Shown: positions 40,180-51,686, counted from the stretch's first letter. The stretch is DNA of 64,000 nt from an uncultured Arenicella sp. (GCA_937922925.1 CALAKU010000007.1:10120-74119), one strand, 5' to 3'. Numbers and translations are program-made. Notes: generated by a model from the sequence alone, not told the origin.

Positions 40180-41112
40180 CTAAAGTTTAGGTGCTACCAG
40201 AGCTTCGAGTTTGACTTGGTCTGCTGCGAATGCGCGAATACCTTGCGCCAACTTTTCGGTCGCCATGGCATCTTCATTCATCATCCAGCGAAACTGAATT
40301 TCATCTAAATCGAGTTTGGTTTGAGCCTCACCTGTGTCGGTATCCGACAATCGTTGTACTAACTGACCTTCGTCGTTACGCAATTCTTCAAGAAAGTTGG
40401 GCCCGATGGTTAGATAGTCACAACCAGCTAGCGCTTCAATCTCGCCAGCATTTCGAAAACTCGCGCCCATTACAATGGTCTTATAACCGTGTTGTTTATA
40501 GTAGTTATAAATTTGCGTGACCGACTGCACCCCTGGGTCTTCCAACGGCGCGTACGATTCTTGCCCAGTGCTGGCCTTGTACCAGTCTAAGATTCGCCCA
40601 ACAAATGGGGAAATTAGAAACACTTTAGCCTGTGCGCAAGCCACTGCTTGGGCAAAACTGAAGAGCAAGGTTAGATTGCAGTTGATCCCTTGCTGCTCTA
40701 AAGCCTCTGCGGCTTTAATGCCCTCCCAGGTTGAGGCAATTTTTATCAAGATTCGATCCTTACCGACGCCACGCTGTGCATACAGATCGATTAACTTCTG
40801 CGCCTTGGCAATGGTAGCCTGCGTGTCAAACGACAATCTTGCATCGACTTCGGTTGAGACCCTGCCAGGGATAATCTTTAAGATTTCACAACCCACCTCT
40901 ACACCAAAATTATCGACCGCATCCTCCAGATTGCCGCCCGCCTTGGCCACTGAGCGATCAATAATTTGGGCGTATTGAGCATCTTGCGCTACTTTTAATA
41001 GCAATGACGGATTAGTCGTTGCATCCTGTGGTTTGTATTCAGCTATCGCAGGTAGCTCACCCGTGTCGGCTACGACCACCGTCATTTCGCGTAGTTGTTG
41101 TAATTTATTCAT
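40180..41112 (-). CDS. tal: Transaldolase
   Basis: [40 protein letters not shown] and [11 protein letters not shown]. Confidence 0.97.
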   Translation of the reverse strand: MNKLQQLREMTVVVADTGELPAIAEYKPQDATTNPSLLLKVAQDAQYAQIIDRSVAKAGGNLEDAVDNFGVEVGCEILKIIPGRVSTEVDARLSFDTQATIAKAQKLIDLYAQRGVGKDRILIKIASTWEGIKAAEALEQQGINCNLTLLFSFAQAVACAQAKVFLISPFVGRILDWYKASTGQESYAPLEDPGVQSVTQIYNYYKQHGYKTIVMGASFRNAGEIEALAGCDYLTIGPNFLEELRNDEGQLVQRLSDTDTGEAQTKLDLDEIQFRWMMNEDAMATEKLAQGIRAFAADQVKLEALVAPKL

Positions 41113-41118
41113 TTGGAT

Positions 41119-43386
41119 TTAGTCGTCTAGTTTAATTTCATCTTGAGTGGCCGACGCTTTTTCGGTCGTGATCGCTTTTACATTTTGAAAGCCTTTGGGC
41201 AACTTGCGACCTCGTTTGCCTCGCTCTCCAATATAGTGCTCTAAATCTTGGCCTTTGAGGCGCAGATAACGTTTACCGACATGCACCAAAACGTGCTGCC
41301 CTTTTTTATAGATAGTAGCGCCCAAAACATATTCATCGCGAGCCTTGAGCAATTTACTTGGCACATTAATAAGCTTGACGCCTTTGCCCTTGGCCAAATC
41401 TGGCAATTCAGTGACGGGATAAATCGTTAAGTAGCCGGCCGTTGTCACCACTGCCAACATGTCTTGCTCGCGGTTTTGTACGGCGATAGAGGGGAGCGCA
41501 TTAGCGCCTTTGGGCACACTCAGCGTGGCTTTGCCCTTTTTGTTTTTGGTCAGCATGTTTTCGATTTCACAAATAAAACCGTAGCCCGCGTCGCTGAGCA
41601 TCACATATTGATCCGATTCGGCTCCCATCATCAAAGAAGCAAAGGACGCCCCCGACGGCGGTGTCACGCTACTGGTGAGCGGCTCGCCCTGCCCTCTGGC
41701 AGATGGCAGCTTATGGGCAGGTACTGCGTAGGTCCGTCCGGTGGAATCCAATGCCACAACAGGCTGATTGGATTTTCCTCGTGCTGAGCTTTGATAAGCA
41801 TCCCCCGATTTATAACTTAAATCTTTGGGGTTGATATCATGCCCCTTGGCCGCTCGAACCCAACCTTGTTGCGACAAGACCGCGGTAATCGCTTCGCTTG
41901 GAACTAATTCGCTTTGGTCAATCGCTTTGGCAATCTCACGTTCAACCAAGGGCGAACGGCGAGCGTCGCCAAATTCATCGGCATCCGCTTTAAGTTCACT
42001 TTTAACCAAGGTCTTTAAACGCGCCTCGGATTTAAGCAGTAAATCGAGACGATCGCGCTCTTTTTCTAACTCAGCCTGCTCACCCTTGATTTTCATTTCC
42101 TCAAGCTTGGCTAAGTGCCGCAACTTGAGTTCTAAAATGGCTTCGGCTTGACGGTCGCTAATCTCGAAGCGAGCCATTAGGGCGGGCTTCGGCTTGTCTT
42201 CGTTGCGAATAATCTCAATCACTTCGTCAATGTTAAGAAACGCAACAAGATAACCTTCTAATATGTGCAGGCGGTCGACCACTTTATCAAAGCGGTATTG
42301 CAAGCGCCGACGAACCGTTTCGATACGAAAGGTTAGCCACGCTTTTAAGCACTCGCGCAAACTGTAGACATGAGGCCGCCCATCCAGCCCAATCATGTTC
42401 ATGTTAACGCGGTAACTTTTTTCTAAATCGGTGGTGGCAAATAAATGCCCCATCAATGAATCAACATCAACACGGTTAGACCTAGGAATAATAACGAGAC
42501 GAATCGGATTGTCTTGATCAGATTCATCACGTAAATCCGAGACCATCGGCAATTTTTTGGCCTGCATCTGCTGGGCAATTTGCTCCAGCACTTTCGAGCC
42601 CGATGCTTGATACGGCAAAGCATGAATCACGATATTGCCATCTTCTTTAGCGAATACCGCTCGCTGACGTACCGAACCATTGCCGGTTTCATACATCTCA
42701 AGCAATTGCTCGCGCGGCGTAATGATTTCGGCCTCGGTGGCGAAATCAGGGCCCTGCACAAACTCACATAAATCAGCGACCGTTGCTTTTGGTTTTTCCA
42801 ATAAATGGATACAGGCGTCAACGACTTCGCGCACATTGTGCGAGGGGATATCGGTGGCCATGCCCACGGCAATACCTGAGCCCCCGTTCAATAAAATATT
42901 TGGGAGCCTGGCTGGTAAGCTTTTAGGTTCTTTTAAGGTGCCATCAAAATTGGGCTGCCAATCAGACGTACCTTGACCCAACTCAGACAACAAACTTTGC
43001 GCGTACGGCGCAAGGCGCGACTCGGTGTAGCGCATGGCAGCGAACGATTTGGGGTCATCGGTTGAGCCCCAGTTACCCTGCCCGTCGACCAAGGGATATC
43101 GATAACTAAACGGCTGAGCCATGAGCACCATGGCTTCGTAGCAAGCGCTGTCGCCATGCGGATGAAATTTACCCAACACATCACCGACAGTACGCGCCGA
43201 TTTTTTGTATTTGGCTGCCGCGTGTAAACCCAGTTCCGACATCGCGTAAACGATGCGCCTTTGAACCGGCTTTAGACCGTCACCGACAAATGGCAGCGCA
43301 CGGTCTAAAATAACGTACATGGAATAATTCAGATAAGCTTGCTCAGCAAACTTGGCTAACGAGAGTTGTTCGAGGTGATCGTTCAT
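41119..43386 (-). CDS. parC: DNA topoisomerase IV subunit A
   Basis: [41 protein letters not shown] and AAMRYTE. Confidence 0.97.
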   Translation of the reverse strand: MNDHLEQLSLAKFAEQAYLNYSMYVILDRALPFVGDGLKPVQRRIVYAMSELGLHAAAKYKKSARTVGDVLGKFHPHGDSACYEAMVLMAQPFSYRYPLVDGQGNWGSTDDPKSFAAMRYTESRLAPYAQSLLSELGQGTSDWQPNFDGTLKEPKSLPARLPNILLNGGSGIAVGMATDIPSHNVREVVDACIHLLEKPKATVADLCEFVQGPDFATEAEIITPREQLLEMYETGNGSVRQRAVFAKEDGNIVIHALPYQASGSKVLEQIAQQMQAKKLPMVSDLRDESDQDNPIRLVIIPRSNRVDVDSLMGHLFATTDLEKSYRVNMNMIGLDGRPHVYSLRECLKAWLTFRIETVRRRLQYRFDKVVDRLHILEGYLVAFLNIDEVIEIIRNEDKPKPALMARFEISDRQAEAILELKLRHLAKLEEMKIKGEQAELEKERDRLDLLLKSEARLKTLVKSELKADADEFGDARRSPLVEREIAKAIDQSELVPSEAITAVLSQQGWVRAAKGHDINPKDLSYKSGDAYQSSARGKSNQPVVALDSTGRTYAVPAHKLPSARGQGEPLTSSVTPPSGASFASLMMGAESDQYVMLSDAGYGFICEIENMLTKNKKGKATLSVPKGANALPSIAVQNREQDMLAVVTTAGYLTIYPVTELPDLAKGKGVKLINVPSKLLKARDEYVLGATIYKKGQHVLVHVGKRYLRLKGQDLEHYIGERGKRGRKLPKGFQNVKAITTEKASATQDEIKLDD

Positions 43387-43506
43387 TGAATCAATCGGTT
43401 CTCTGTTACAGTGTTGTAGTGCGCAGAAGAACCGAAAGACTACTCAAAGCGCTTAGTTTCAGCAATCAAAATTAACCAGTTTCAATCGTAAATTCATTAA
43501 CACGTC

Positions 43507-44037
43507 ATGGTGCCCAATTTTAATCAACAAAAGGCTTTACTTTTTGACATAGAAACCTTGATCAGTGCCGCACAACCCAAAACCCTTCTATGGATAGGCC
43601 AACGGCCCGAACAGCTACTGAACGATTATCAAGCGCAGGCCGCCGTGTTGGGTCATGAAGTACACATCACTCATCTGGATGAGCGAGCTAGTCAACACGC
43701 TTTAGAGCTAAGGCAACGTTTTGACGTGGCCGTTTTTTATAACTTGCCTAGCAACCTAGACCGCTCATTGACCACACAATTGATTTCTCGTTTGAGAGAT
43801 TCTTTGTCGGCGCAATTTTGTGTCGCCATAGAGCTTGACCCCAAAACGTGGCAACTGACCGACATGCTTGCTCTAGGCTTACGGAAAGTCGCTGACTATT
43901 CGGGCGATAGTGAAACACCAAAAGCCGCCCAAGCGGCGCTCTTTAAATACAGCATTAGTGACTATAAGCGAACACCGGATTGGCTTAACGCCGACAATTG
44001 GGCTAACCCAGAAATGTGGGGGAAATACTGGTGGTAA
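43507..44037 (+). CDS. Conserved hypothetical protein (DUF6231-like)
   Basis: Distinctive C-terminus YKRTPDWLNADNWANPEMWGKYWW; family name recalled, not searched. Confidence 0.7.
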   Translation: MVPNFNQQKALLFDIETLISAAQPKTLLWIGQRPEQLLNDYQAQAAVLGHEVHITHLDERASQHALELRQRFDVAVFYNLPSNLDRSLTTQLISRLRDSLSAQFCVAIELDPKTWQLTDMLALGLRKVADYSGDSETPKAAQAALFKYSISDYKRTPDWLNADNWANPEMWGKYWW

Positions 44038-44309
44038 TGAGGCGGTCAGCGGCGCTCGCAGCGACAATACTAAAGCCAGTAAATAAAGCGAATATCCTTT
44101 GGTAAAAGCGAGTTAAAATCTGGTATACGCCTTTTTTGCCCCGTGGTACCATCGAATTGTCGTCAAGACATAAAACCAAGTCGTATAGAGCCTTTTTTGC
44201 TCTGTGAATTCGATAGCTGTATTAATTAAAAAAATCGACTTAAACGCTTCATGAATTTTTAATTCTCGAGCGGAAGTTGAAAGATAATTTAAGGTTAAAA
44301 CCGAGCTCG

Positions 44310-46160
44310 ATGAAAGCCACTGACATCAGCAATCCGGAATACTTTCACAAGGTAGTCGATTGCCAATTTGCTTGCCCCGCCCACACCCCCGTTCCTGAAT
44401 ACATTCGCTTAATCGGCAAACGTCGATACAGCGACGCGTATATGGTCAATTGGGAGTCGAATGTATTTCCCGGTGTATTAGGTCGAACTTGTGACCGCCC
44501 CTGCGAACCCGCGTGCCGTCGCGGGCGTGTCGACGAAGAACCCGTCGCGATTTGCCGCTTAAAACGGGTTGCCGCCGATCAAAAAGACGACGATTATGTG
44601 GCCGCTCGCCTTCCCGATATACCCACACAGAAAAACGGCAAACGTATTGCCTTAATTGGCGCAGGCCCGGCATCACTCACGGTGGCCAGAGACCTTATGC
44701 CATTGGGTTACGAAGTCGATTTATACGACGAAAATGCCAAGGGCGGCGGCTTTATGCGCAGTCAAATTCCATCGTTCCGTCTGCCCGAAGAAGTCTTAGA
44801 CCAAGAAGTTAATTACGTATTAGATATGGGCGTAAGCCAACTATTTAATACTCGCGTCGACAGCCTAAAAGGCATTCTCGACAAAGGTTACGATGCCGTC
44901 TTTGTTGGCACCGGCGCGCCTAAAGGCAAAGACCTAAACATCCCAGGCCGCGAGCAAGCCGATGCCAATATACACATCGGCATCAACTGGTTAGAAAGTG
45001 TGGCCTTTGAACATCTCGATTCCATTGGCAAACAAGTTGTCATTGTCGGCGGTGGCAATACCGCCATGGATTGTTGCCGCACTGCAAAACGCATTGGCGG
45101 AGACGAGGTCACGGTAACCGTGCGCTCGACTTACGAGGCCATGAAAGCATCGCCATGGGAAAAAGACGACACACTCGCCGAAGGCATCCCTATTTTAGCT
45201 AACCACAGCCCAAGAGAGTTTGTGGTTGAAGATGGCAAATTGGTTGCAATGACGTTTAACGTCGTTGAATCAAGCTACGACGAAAATGGCAAACGCACCA
45301 TTACCGAAACTGGCGAAATAGTCACCATTCCCTGCACCGATGCCATCATGGCGATTGGTCAAGACAACGCCTTCCCTTGGATAGAGCGAGACATCGGCCT
45401 TGAGTTTGGCGAATGGGATATGCCGATTGTCGATAAAACCACTTTTCAATCCACCAACGCGAAAGTCTTTTTCGGTGGTGATGCGGCGTTTGGCCCAGAG
45501 AACATTATTACAGCGGTCGCGCACGGTCACCAAGCAGCTATCTCGATTGATTTGATGCTCAACGGTCAATCGCCGATCTCGGATCGCCCTGCTCCGGGCA
45601 CCAATCTTGTGAGCACCAAAATGGGCATTCACCAATGGGCCTATGACAGTGCTGTAATCGATGACGACCGACAAGCCTCTGCGCATATCCCGGTAGAAAA
45701 AGCCCTTTCAAGCCGCAAAATTGAATCGGAACTCGGCTTTTCGCCCGAAGTTGCCTTCGTCGAAGCTGAACGCTGCCTAAATTGCGATGTACAAACGGTT
45801 TTTGAAGAAGCCAAATGCATCGAGTGCGATGGCTGCACCGACATATGCCCCACCAATTGCATCACCTTTACCTTCAATGATGAAGAAGAGCCATTACGTA
45901 ATAAGCTAAATGCGCCAGCCGACAACAAAGACACCGACCTGTATGTCTCACAAGACCTACCAACCGGCCGGGTCATGGTTAAAGACGAAGATGTGTGCTT
46001 GCATTGCGGCCTGTGCGCCGAGCGCTGCCCTACAAGCGCGTGGGATATGCAAAAGTTTTTATACACGGTAACTAAAGCAGGTAATGAGCCGGCGCCAATT
46101 TTGCTAGAGCAAACGCAGCCTGCGCAAAAGGTAAGTAAAACCGAGGAGCAAGCCGCATGA
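44310..46160 (+). CDS. GltD/SudA-like FAD and Fe-S NAD(P)H oxidoreductase with C-terminal 2x[4Fe-4S] domain
   Basis: CQFACPAH, GRTCDRPCEPAC, IGAGPA, GGGNTAMDC, CIECDGCTDICP and CLHCGLCAERCP; likely ATG at 44310. Confidence 0.9.
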   Translation: MKATDISNPEYFHKVVDCQFACPAHTPVPEYIRLIGKRRYSDAYMVNWESNVFPGVLGRTCDRPCEPACRRGRVDEEPVAICRLKRVAADQKDDDYVAARLPDIPTQKNGKRIALIGAGPASLTVARDLMPLGYEVDLYDENAKGGGFMRSQIPSFRLPEEVLDQEVNYVLDMGVSQLFNTRVDSLKGILDKGYDAVFVGTGAPKGKDLNIPGREQADANIHIGINWLESVAFEHLDSIGKQVVIVGGGNTAMDCCRTAKRIGGDEVTVTVRSTYEAMKASPWEKDDTLAEGIPILANHSPREFVVEDGKLVAMTFNVVESSYDENGKRTITETGEIVTIPCTDAIMAIGQDNAFPWIERDIGLEFGEWDMPIVDKTTFQSTNAKVFFGGDAAFGPENIITAVAHGHQAAISIDLMLNGQSPISDRPAPGTNLVSTKMGIHQWAYDSAVIDDDRQASAHIPVEKALSSRKIESELGFSPEVAFVEAERCLNCDVQTVFEEAKCIECDGCTDICPTNCITFTFNDEEEPLRNKLNAPADNKDTDLYVSQDLPTGRVMVKDEDVCLHCGLCAERCPTSAWDMQKFLYTVTKAGNEPAPILLEQTQPAQKVSKTEEQAA

Positions 46161-48007
46161 ACCCTCGCAATATGGCCCCAGTGATGGACGCCAAGATAAA
46201 CGATTTCGTCGTCAAGTTTGCGAATGTCAATGGCTCGGGCTCAGCCAGTGCCAACAGCATGTTCGCAAAAGCGATTTATCGAATGGGCATCCCGGTTGCG
46301 CCACGCAACATTTTTCCATCCAACATCCAAGGTGCGCCAACATGGTACGAAGTTAGAATTAATGAGCAAGGCTACTTGGCCCGACGCGGCGGCCAGGTAG
46401 AGTTGATGGTTTCAGTCAACCCTCAAAGCATGACCGAAGACGTCGCTGAAGTCTGCCCCGGTGGTTATTTCTTTTACGACAATACCTACCCGCTGGATTT
46501 CAATCTGATTCGCGATGACATCCACTTTATCGGTTTACCATTAACGGAAATCACGAACACAAATTTTGATAACCCGCGACTACAGCAATTATTTAAGAAC
46601 ATCATTTATGTTGGCTCATTAGCGTATTTAATTGGCATTGAGTTCGCTGCTTTAGAAAGTATCGTAAACGACACTTTTGCCAAAAAACCTAAGTTGATCC
46701 AGCCCAACATTGATGCACTAAAACTTGGGTTCGATGAGGCGCAACGTCAATTCAGTGAGCCTCTGCCCTTGCAACTCAAACCCAGTAATGCCAACCAAGG
46801 CAAGATATTGCTAGAAGGCAATGCCGCTTGTGGACTTGGGGCGGTATTTGGCGGAGCCACCGTTTGCGCATGGTATCCAATCACGCCATCGACCTCAGTG
46901 GCCGAAGGGTTTGAGAAATACGCCAAACAATTTCGCATTGACAGCGAAACCAAAGAACATAATTTCGCCGTTATCCAAGCCGAAGACGAATTAGCAGCGA
47001 TTGGCATGGTAATTGGCTCAAATTGGAATGGCGCACGCGCCTTCACTGCCACCAGTGGCCCCGGCGTTTCACTCATGCAAGAGTTTTTGGGGCTGGCTTA
47101 TTTCGCCGAAGTTCCCAGCGTCTTGATTGACGTCCAGCGCGCAGGGCCTTCAACCGGTATGCCAACGCGCACACAGCAATCCGACATTCTGATTTCGGCT
47201 TATGCCTCGCATGGCGACACCAAGCAAGTCGTCTTGTTTCCGGGCAATCCCAAAGAGTGTTTTGAATTAACAGCAGATGCGTTTGATATTGCGGATCAAT
47301 TACAAACGCCAGTCATTATGCTGACCGATCTTGATCTAGGCATGAATGAACATTTGGTCGACGAACTCAATTGGGACGATTCGAGGCAATATCAAAAAGG
47401 TAAAGTACTCAACGCCCAAGAGCTAGACCAGGTGGAACGCTTTGGCCGCTACAACGATGTTGATGGCGATGGGATTCCATATCGCACAATTGCCGGAACA
47501 CATCCACAAAAAGGCGCGTTCTTTACCCGTGGTACATCGCGCGATGAGTACGCGGTTTACACCGAAAAGGGCGAAGCTTACGAGCGCAACATGGAGCGCT
47601 TAAACCTTAAGTGGCAAACGGCGCCCCAGTATTTGCCAAAACCGATCATTAGCACCAAAGACAAGTCTGCTCACATCGGCGTAATTCACTTTGGCACCAG
47701 TGCCGAAGCGGTGCGCGAAGCGATTGATATGCTGGCCGAACAAAACCATCGCATCAACGATTTAAGAGTTCTCGCCTTTCCGTTTCATGCAGAAGTAACT
47801 GATTTTATCGACGCACATACACACATTTTTGTGGTCGAACAAAATCGTGATGCACAATTTAAAACGCTCTTAGTCAATGAACTTGAAATGGATCCCAAAC
47901 GATTGAATTCGGTTTTGCATTTTAATGGCGACCCAATCAGCGCCCGAATCGTATTCGACAACATCCAAGCCCACCTCAGTACCATAACGTCGGCCGACGT
48001 CGCCTAG
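46157..48007 (+). CDS. 2-oxoacid:acceptor oxidoreductase alpha subunit
   Basis: NGSGSAS, WYPITPSTS, QAEDELAA, TATSGPG and QRAGPSTGMPTRTQQSD. Confidence 0.93.
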   Translation: MNPRNMAPVMDAKINDFVVKFANVNGSGSASANSMFAKAIYRMGIPVAPRNIFPSNIQGAPTWYEVRINEQGYLARRGGQVELMVSVNPQSMTEDVAEVCPGGYFFYDNTYPLDFNLIRDDIHFIGLPLTEITNTNFDNPRLQQLFKNIIYVGSLAYLIGIEFAALESIVNDTFAKKPKLIQPNIDALKLGFDEAQRQFSEPLPLQLKPSNANQGKILLEGNAACGLGAVFGGATVCAWYPITPSTSVAEGFEKYAKQFRIDSETKEHNFAVIQAEDELAAIGMVIGSNWNGARAFTATSGPGVSLMQEFLGLAYFAEVPSVLIDVQRAGPSTGMPTRTQQSDILISAYASHGDTKQVVLFPGNPKECFELTADAFDIADQLQTPVIMLTDLDLGMNEHLVDELNWDDSRQYQKGKVLNAQELDQVERFGRYNDVDGDGIPYRTIAGTHPQKGAFFTRGTSRDEYAVYTEKGEAYERNMERLNLKWQTAPQYLPKPIISTKDKSAHIGVIHFGTSAEAVREAIDMLAEQNHRINDLRVLAFPFHAEVTDFIDAHTHIFVVEQNRDAQFKTLLVNELEMDPKRLNSVLHFNGDPISARIVFDNIQAHLSTITSADVA

Positions 48008-48014
48008 CTCAATT

Positions 48015-49067
48015 ATGTCTTTTCTTAAACCCAGTTTTCGACATCCTAAATCGCCCACTAATCGCCTTGGTTTAACCACGCGCGCCTACGAGGGCACCAT
48101 CTCGACGCTGTGTGCTGGCTGCGGCCATGATTCGATTAGCGCGGCGATTATTCAAGCGGTATGGGGTCTAGGGATTCCACCGCATCGGGTTGCTAAAATG
48201 TCGGGCATTGGATGCTCCTCGAAGTCGCCCAATTACTTTTTGAGCCAAGCGCATGGCTTTAATTCGGTGCACGGGCGCATGCCGTCTGTGACCACAGGCG
48301 CCAATGTGGCCAACCGCGATCTCTTGTATCTTGGCGTCTCCGGCGATGGAGATACGGCATCAATTGGCATGGGCCAATTTGCGCACGTGATTCGCCGCAA
48401 CTTAAATATGCTCTATTTGGTCGAAAACAACGGCTGCTATGGCTTGACCAAGGGCCAAGATTCAGCGACCTCCGACGAGGGCTCTACGAACAAGAAAGGC
48501 CGTGTTAATCCATACACCGCCATCGACTTAGTTTCCTTAGCCTTGGACCTGGGCGCAACCTTTGTGGCTCGCAGTTTTTCTGGGGATAAAGAGCAATTGG
48601 TACCGCTAATGCAGGCCGCAATGACGCACAAAGGCTTTGCATTGATAGACGTTGTCTCACCATGCGTTACCTTTAACAATCATGCCGGTTCGACCAAAAG
48701 CTATGATTACACGCGCGAGCATGTTGAAGCAGCTGGCGTTGTTGATTTTGTTCCAACCTCACAAGAGATCACGCTTGATCAGATTGAGGGCAGCACCAAA
48801 GTAGTCGACCTTCACAATGGCGACAAAGTGCAATTAAGTAAATTGGCTAACGATTACGACCCCCATGACCGACGCGCAGCATTTGACGCCGTACAAGATC
48901 ATAAACAACGAGATCGATTGCTCACGGGCTTAATCTACGTTGACCCTACTGCGGAAAATTTTCACGATATTCTTAATCTACCAAGCACGCCGTTAAACGC
49001 TCTTGCACAAGAGCAATTGTGCCCTGGTGAAAGCGCGTTAAAGAGCATCAACAACGCCCTAAAGTAA
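48015..49067 (+). CDS. 2-oxoacid:ferredoxin oxidoreductase beta subunit
   Basis: LCAGCGH, SGIGCSS, HGR, TPP motif GDGD...NN, YGLTKGQ and SPCVTFN. Confidence 0.93.
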   Translation: MSFLKPSFRHPKSPTNRLGLTTRAYEGTISTLCAGCGHDSISAAIIQAVWGLGIPPHRVAKMSGIGCSSKSPNYFLSQAHGFNSVHGRMPSVTTGANVANRDLLYLGVSGDGDTASIGMGQFAHVIRRNLNMLYLVENNGCYGLTKGQDSATSDEGSTNKKGRVNPYTAIDLVSLALDLGATFVARSFSGDKEQLVPLMQAAMTHKGFALIDVVSPCVTFNNHAGSTKSYDYTREHVEAAGVVDFVPTSQEITLDQIEGSTKVVDLHNGDKVQLSKLANDYDPHDRRAAFDAVQDHKQRDRLLTGLIYVDPTAENFHDILNLPSTPLNALAQEQLCPGESALKSINNALK

Positions 49068-49091
49068 AAGCTCCGGCATCTTATTTACGAG

Positions 49092-49120
49092 CAAGCCTGT
49101 TTGTTGACAGGCTTGTTTGT
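49092..49120 (+). terminator. Putative terminator of the oxidoreductase operon
   Basis: CAAGCCTGT-TTGTTG-ACAGGCTTG followed by TTTGT. Confidence 0.7.
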
Positions 49121-49326
49121 CTATCGTTCTGACTTGTCTTGATATCTTTTTTGAAAGTGACAACCTAGTTTACAAAGAGACGACCTAGCCGAATCTGTTT
49201 TTCGGCAACCTCTCATTTCGACGTTTAAACACATCTCACTATCGCCCCCAATTTGGATTCATTTAGCTTGAATCTCAACGCTATGGTTTAAGCCTCTTTG
49301 GTTTTTATGTCAGCGCAATTAAATTG

Positions 49327-49343
49327 ATGTTATAATATTACAT
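49327..49343. promoter_or_regulatory. Zur box
   Basis: ATGTTATAATATTACAT, one mismatch from the proteobacterial ATGTTATAnTATAACAT core, about 85 bp upstream of the MerC-domain gene. Confidence 0.75.
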
Positions 49344-49427
49344 TGCCGGTCTCGACTCGTTTCGATCAGAGCCGGCCCAATATCAAAACCCATCTAAAGA
49401 GACGGGCGTCACCGCTGAATCAATTTG

Positions 49428-49844
49428 ATGAAAACCATGAGTTTGGACAAACTAGCCGTGCTGCTTTCAGGTGTTTGCTTGGTGCATTGCCTTTTGGCTC
49501 CGGTGTTGCTCACCTTGTTGCCAATACTGTCATTATCGGCTTTGGCAGAAGAGCTTGTCTTTCATCAACTTATGCTTTGGTTAATTCTGCCAACCAGCGC
49601 TATTGCTTTGTTCATTGGTTGTCGCCGTCATCGCAATAGTTCGATTTTGCTAAGTGGTCTGCTCGGGATGTCGGTTTTGATTCTGGTGGCTGTTTGGGGC
49701 CATAGCAACCTCGCACCAATCCAAGAAAAGCTCGCCACGTCGCTTGGCGGATTAATACTTGCGCTCTCACATTACTTAAATTACCGAACTTGCCAATCCA
49801 TCAGCTGCAACGACGACAATTGCAGTAGCAATCACCACCACTAG
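49428..49844 (+). CDS. MerC domain membrane protein
   Basis: LDKLAVLLSGVCLVHCLLAP motif, 4 TMs, and a Cys/His-rich tail ending in HHH. Confidence 0.85.
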   Translation: MKTMSLDKLAVLLSGVCLVHCLLAPVLLTLLPILSLSALAEELVFHQLMLWLILPTSAIALFIGCRRHRNSSILLSGLLGMSVLILVAVWGHSNLAPIQEKLATSLGGLILALSHYLNYRTCQSISCNDDNCSSNHHH

Positions 49845-49899
49845 TCTTATCAAAGTTCATGGTTTACCCTAGTGGCTGATTTAATTCGCCATTAAAGCC

Positions 49900-51639
49900 A
49901 TGAAAACCGATCTCATAGTAAAGACCTTAGTCGCCCTATTCTGCGTCATTTCACTTAGCGCTTGCCAACCTTCGGCCGAACAACAGACTAGCAATGGCAG
50001 TGATACGGGTAGTGATGTTGACGCTAAGGCACAAAGCAAAGCCGATCAACAAACCACCATCGTATTCAACGCAACCGTTTACACGGTCGATGCTGAACTA
50101 CCCAAAGTAAGTGCCTTCGCCATTCAAGACAGCAAGTTTGCGGCGGTGGCCGACTTGCAAACCTTGTTACAAAAATACCCAGGAGCCAAACAGATCGACA
50201 TGCGTGGCCAAACGATTGTGCCGGGGTTAATCGACGCGCACGGCCATTTGTTGGGTTTGGGCCAGAGCTTGATCTTTGCCGATTTAATGGGCACTCAAAG
50301 CAAAGACGAGATCATCGCAGTGCTACAAGAAAAAGCTCGAACACTGGAATCTGGCCAATGGCTGTTGGGGCGGGGCTGGGATCAAAACGATTGGCCTTCA
50401 AAAGCCTTACCCACCGCGCAAGATTTAGATCAAGCGTTCCCAGATAGGCCTGTTTGGCTAGAGCGTGTTGATGGTCACGCTAGCTGGGGAAACACTCAGG
50501 CAATGAAAACTGCTCAACGAGATATTAATGGCGACTGGCAACCTCAAGGTGGCGAGATTGTGCGTGACGCAAATAATATTGCCACTGGCGTATTTATCGA
50601 CAAAGCAGCTAATTTAATTCAATCACAAGTACCAAGCGAGACCAAAGAGCAACTCAAATCAGCTTTGCAATTGGCCATGCGCAAAACGGCTGAGGTGGGT
50701 TTAACCGGCATGCATGATGCGGGCACTTCCCTAGCGGTTTGGAAGTTATTGCAAGACGCCAAAGCCGCTGAGCAAATGAGTGTGCGAGTTTACGCGATGG
50801 CCGACGGCGCTCAAGACATGCTCGATTACCTGTGCGACCAAGGCGCTCAAATAGACCCTCAGGCAATGCTCACTGGGCGCGCCGTGAAGCTTTATAGCGA
50901 TGGAGCATTGGGATCACGCGGCGCGGCTCTTCTTGCCGACTACTCAGATGACCCTGGCAATAAAGGCCTGCTGATTGAAAGCGAAGACACACTCAAAGAA
51001 TACGCCGCAAAAGCGGCCGCCTGTGGTTTACAAGTTAACATTCATGCCATTGGTGATCGCGGCAATCAAATCACCTTGAACGTGCTTGAAAGTGCCTCTC
51101 AAGGTGATAACCCAGGTCGCCATCGTATAGAACATTCTCAAGTCGTCGCTCTCAGTGACTTCGAACGCTTCAAAGCACTCAAGTTAATCGCATCGGTTCA
51201 GCCGACCCACGCCACCAGCGATATGTACTGGGCTGAAGAGCGAGTTGGTACCGAACGCATAAAAGGGGCTTACGCGTGGCAGCGTTTCTATGATCTTGGC
51301 ATTCCAATGGCATTAGGCTCTGATTTTCCGGTAGAGTTGCCCGACCCTCTTCTCGGTTTTTACGCGGCCGTGAGCCGCCAAGACACTCAAGGCTGGCCAG
51401 AAAATGGTTGGTATGCAGACCAAAAATTAAGCCGTGAACAGGCCCTCTACGGTTTTACTCTTGGTGCGGCCTATGCAGCATTCCAGGAAGACAAAGTGGG
51501 GTCTATTGAAGTTGGTAAGTTTGCCGATTTTGTTGTTTTATCTCAAAACATTATGGAAATTCCAGTAGAGCAAATTCCAAACACTGAGATAAAAGCCACG
51601 TATTTAAACGGTGAACCGGTTTATCAAAAAGGGCAATAA
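49900..51639 (+). CDS. Amidohydrolase family 3 (YtcJ-like) lipoprotein
   Basis: Lipobox LSAC; PGLIDAHGH, KLYSDGALGSRGA, HAIGD, HRIEHSQ and GSDFP. Confidence 0.92.
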   Translation: MKTDLIVKTLVALFCVISLSACQPSAEQQTSNGSDTGSDVDAKAQSKADQQTTIVFNATVYTVDAELPKVSAFAIQDSKFAAVADLQTLLQKYPGAKQIDMRGQTIVPGLIDAHGHLLGLGQSLIFADLMGTQSKDEIIAVLQEKARTLESGQWLLGRGWDQNDWPSKALPTAQDLDQAFPDRPVWLERVDGHASWGNTQAMKTAQRDINGDWQPQGGEIVRDANNIATGVFIDKAANLIQSQVPSETKEQLKSALQLAMRKTAEVGLTGMHDAGTSLAVWKLLQDAKAAEQMSVRVYAMADGAQDMLDYLCDQGAQIDPQAMLTGRAVKLYSDGALGSRGAALLADYSDDPGNKGLLIESEDTLKEYAAKAAACGLQVNIHAIGDRGNQITLNVLESASQGDNPGRHRIEHSQVVALSDFERFKALKLIASVQPTHATSDMYWAEERVGTERIKGAYAWQRFYDLGIPMALGSDFPVELPDPLLGFYAAVSRQDTQGWPENGWYADQKLSREQALYGFTLGAAYAAFQEDKVGSIEVGKFADFVVLSQNIMEIPVEQIPNTEIKATYLNGEPVYQKGQ

Positions 51640-51648
51640 GTGTGGACA

Positions 51649-51686
51649 TTAGTCATTTGATATTTGTACAATTATCAAATGACTAA
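51649..51686. promoter_or_regulatory. 38-bp near-perfect palindrome overlapping the umuD-like start codon (candidate operator)
   Basis: TTAGTCATTTGATA-T-TTGTACAA-T-TATCAAATGACTAA has one mismatched pair; the ATG at 51679 lies in the right arm. Confidence 0.75.

Noticed and set aside
41119-43386. parC without adjacent parE
   Set aside because: Separation of parC and parE is common in gammaproteobacteria.
49428-49844. Mercury resistance locus
   Set aside because: No merR, merA, merT or merP; the upstream Zur-like box points to zinc homeostasis.
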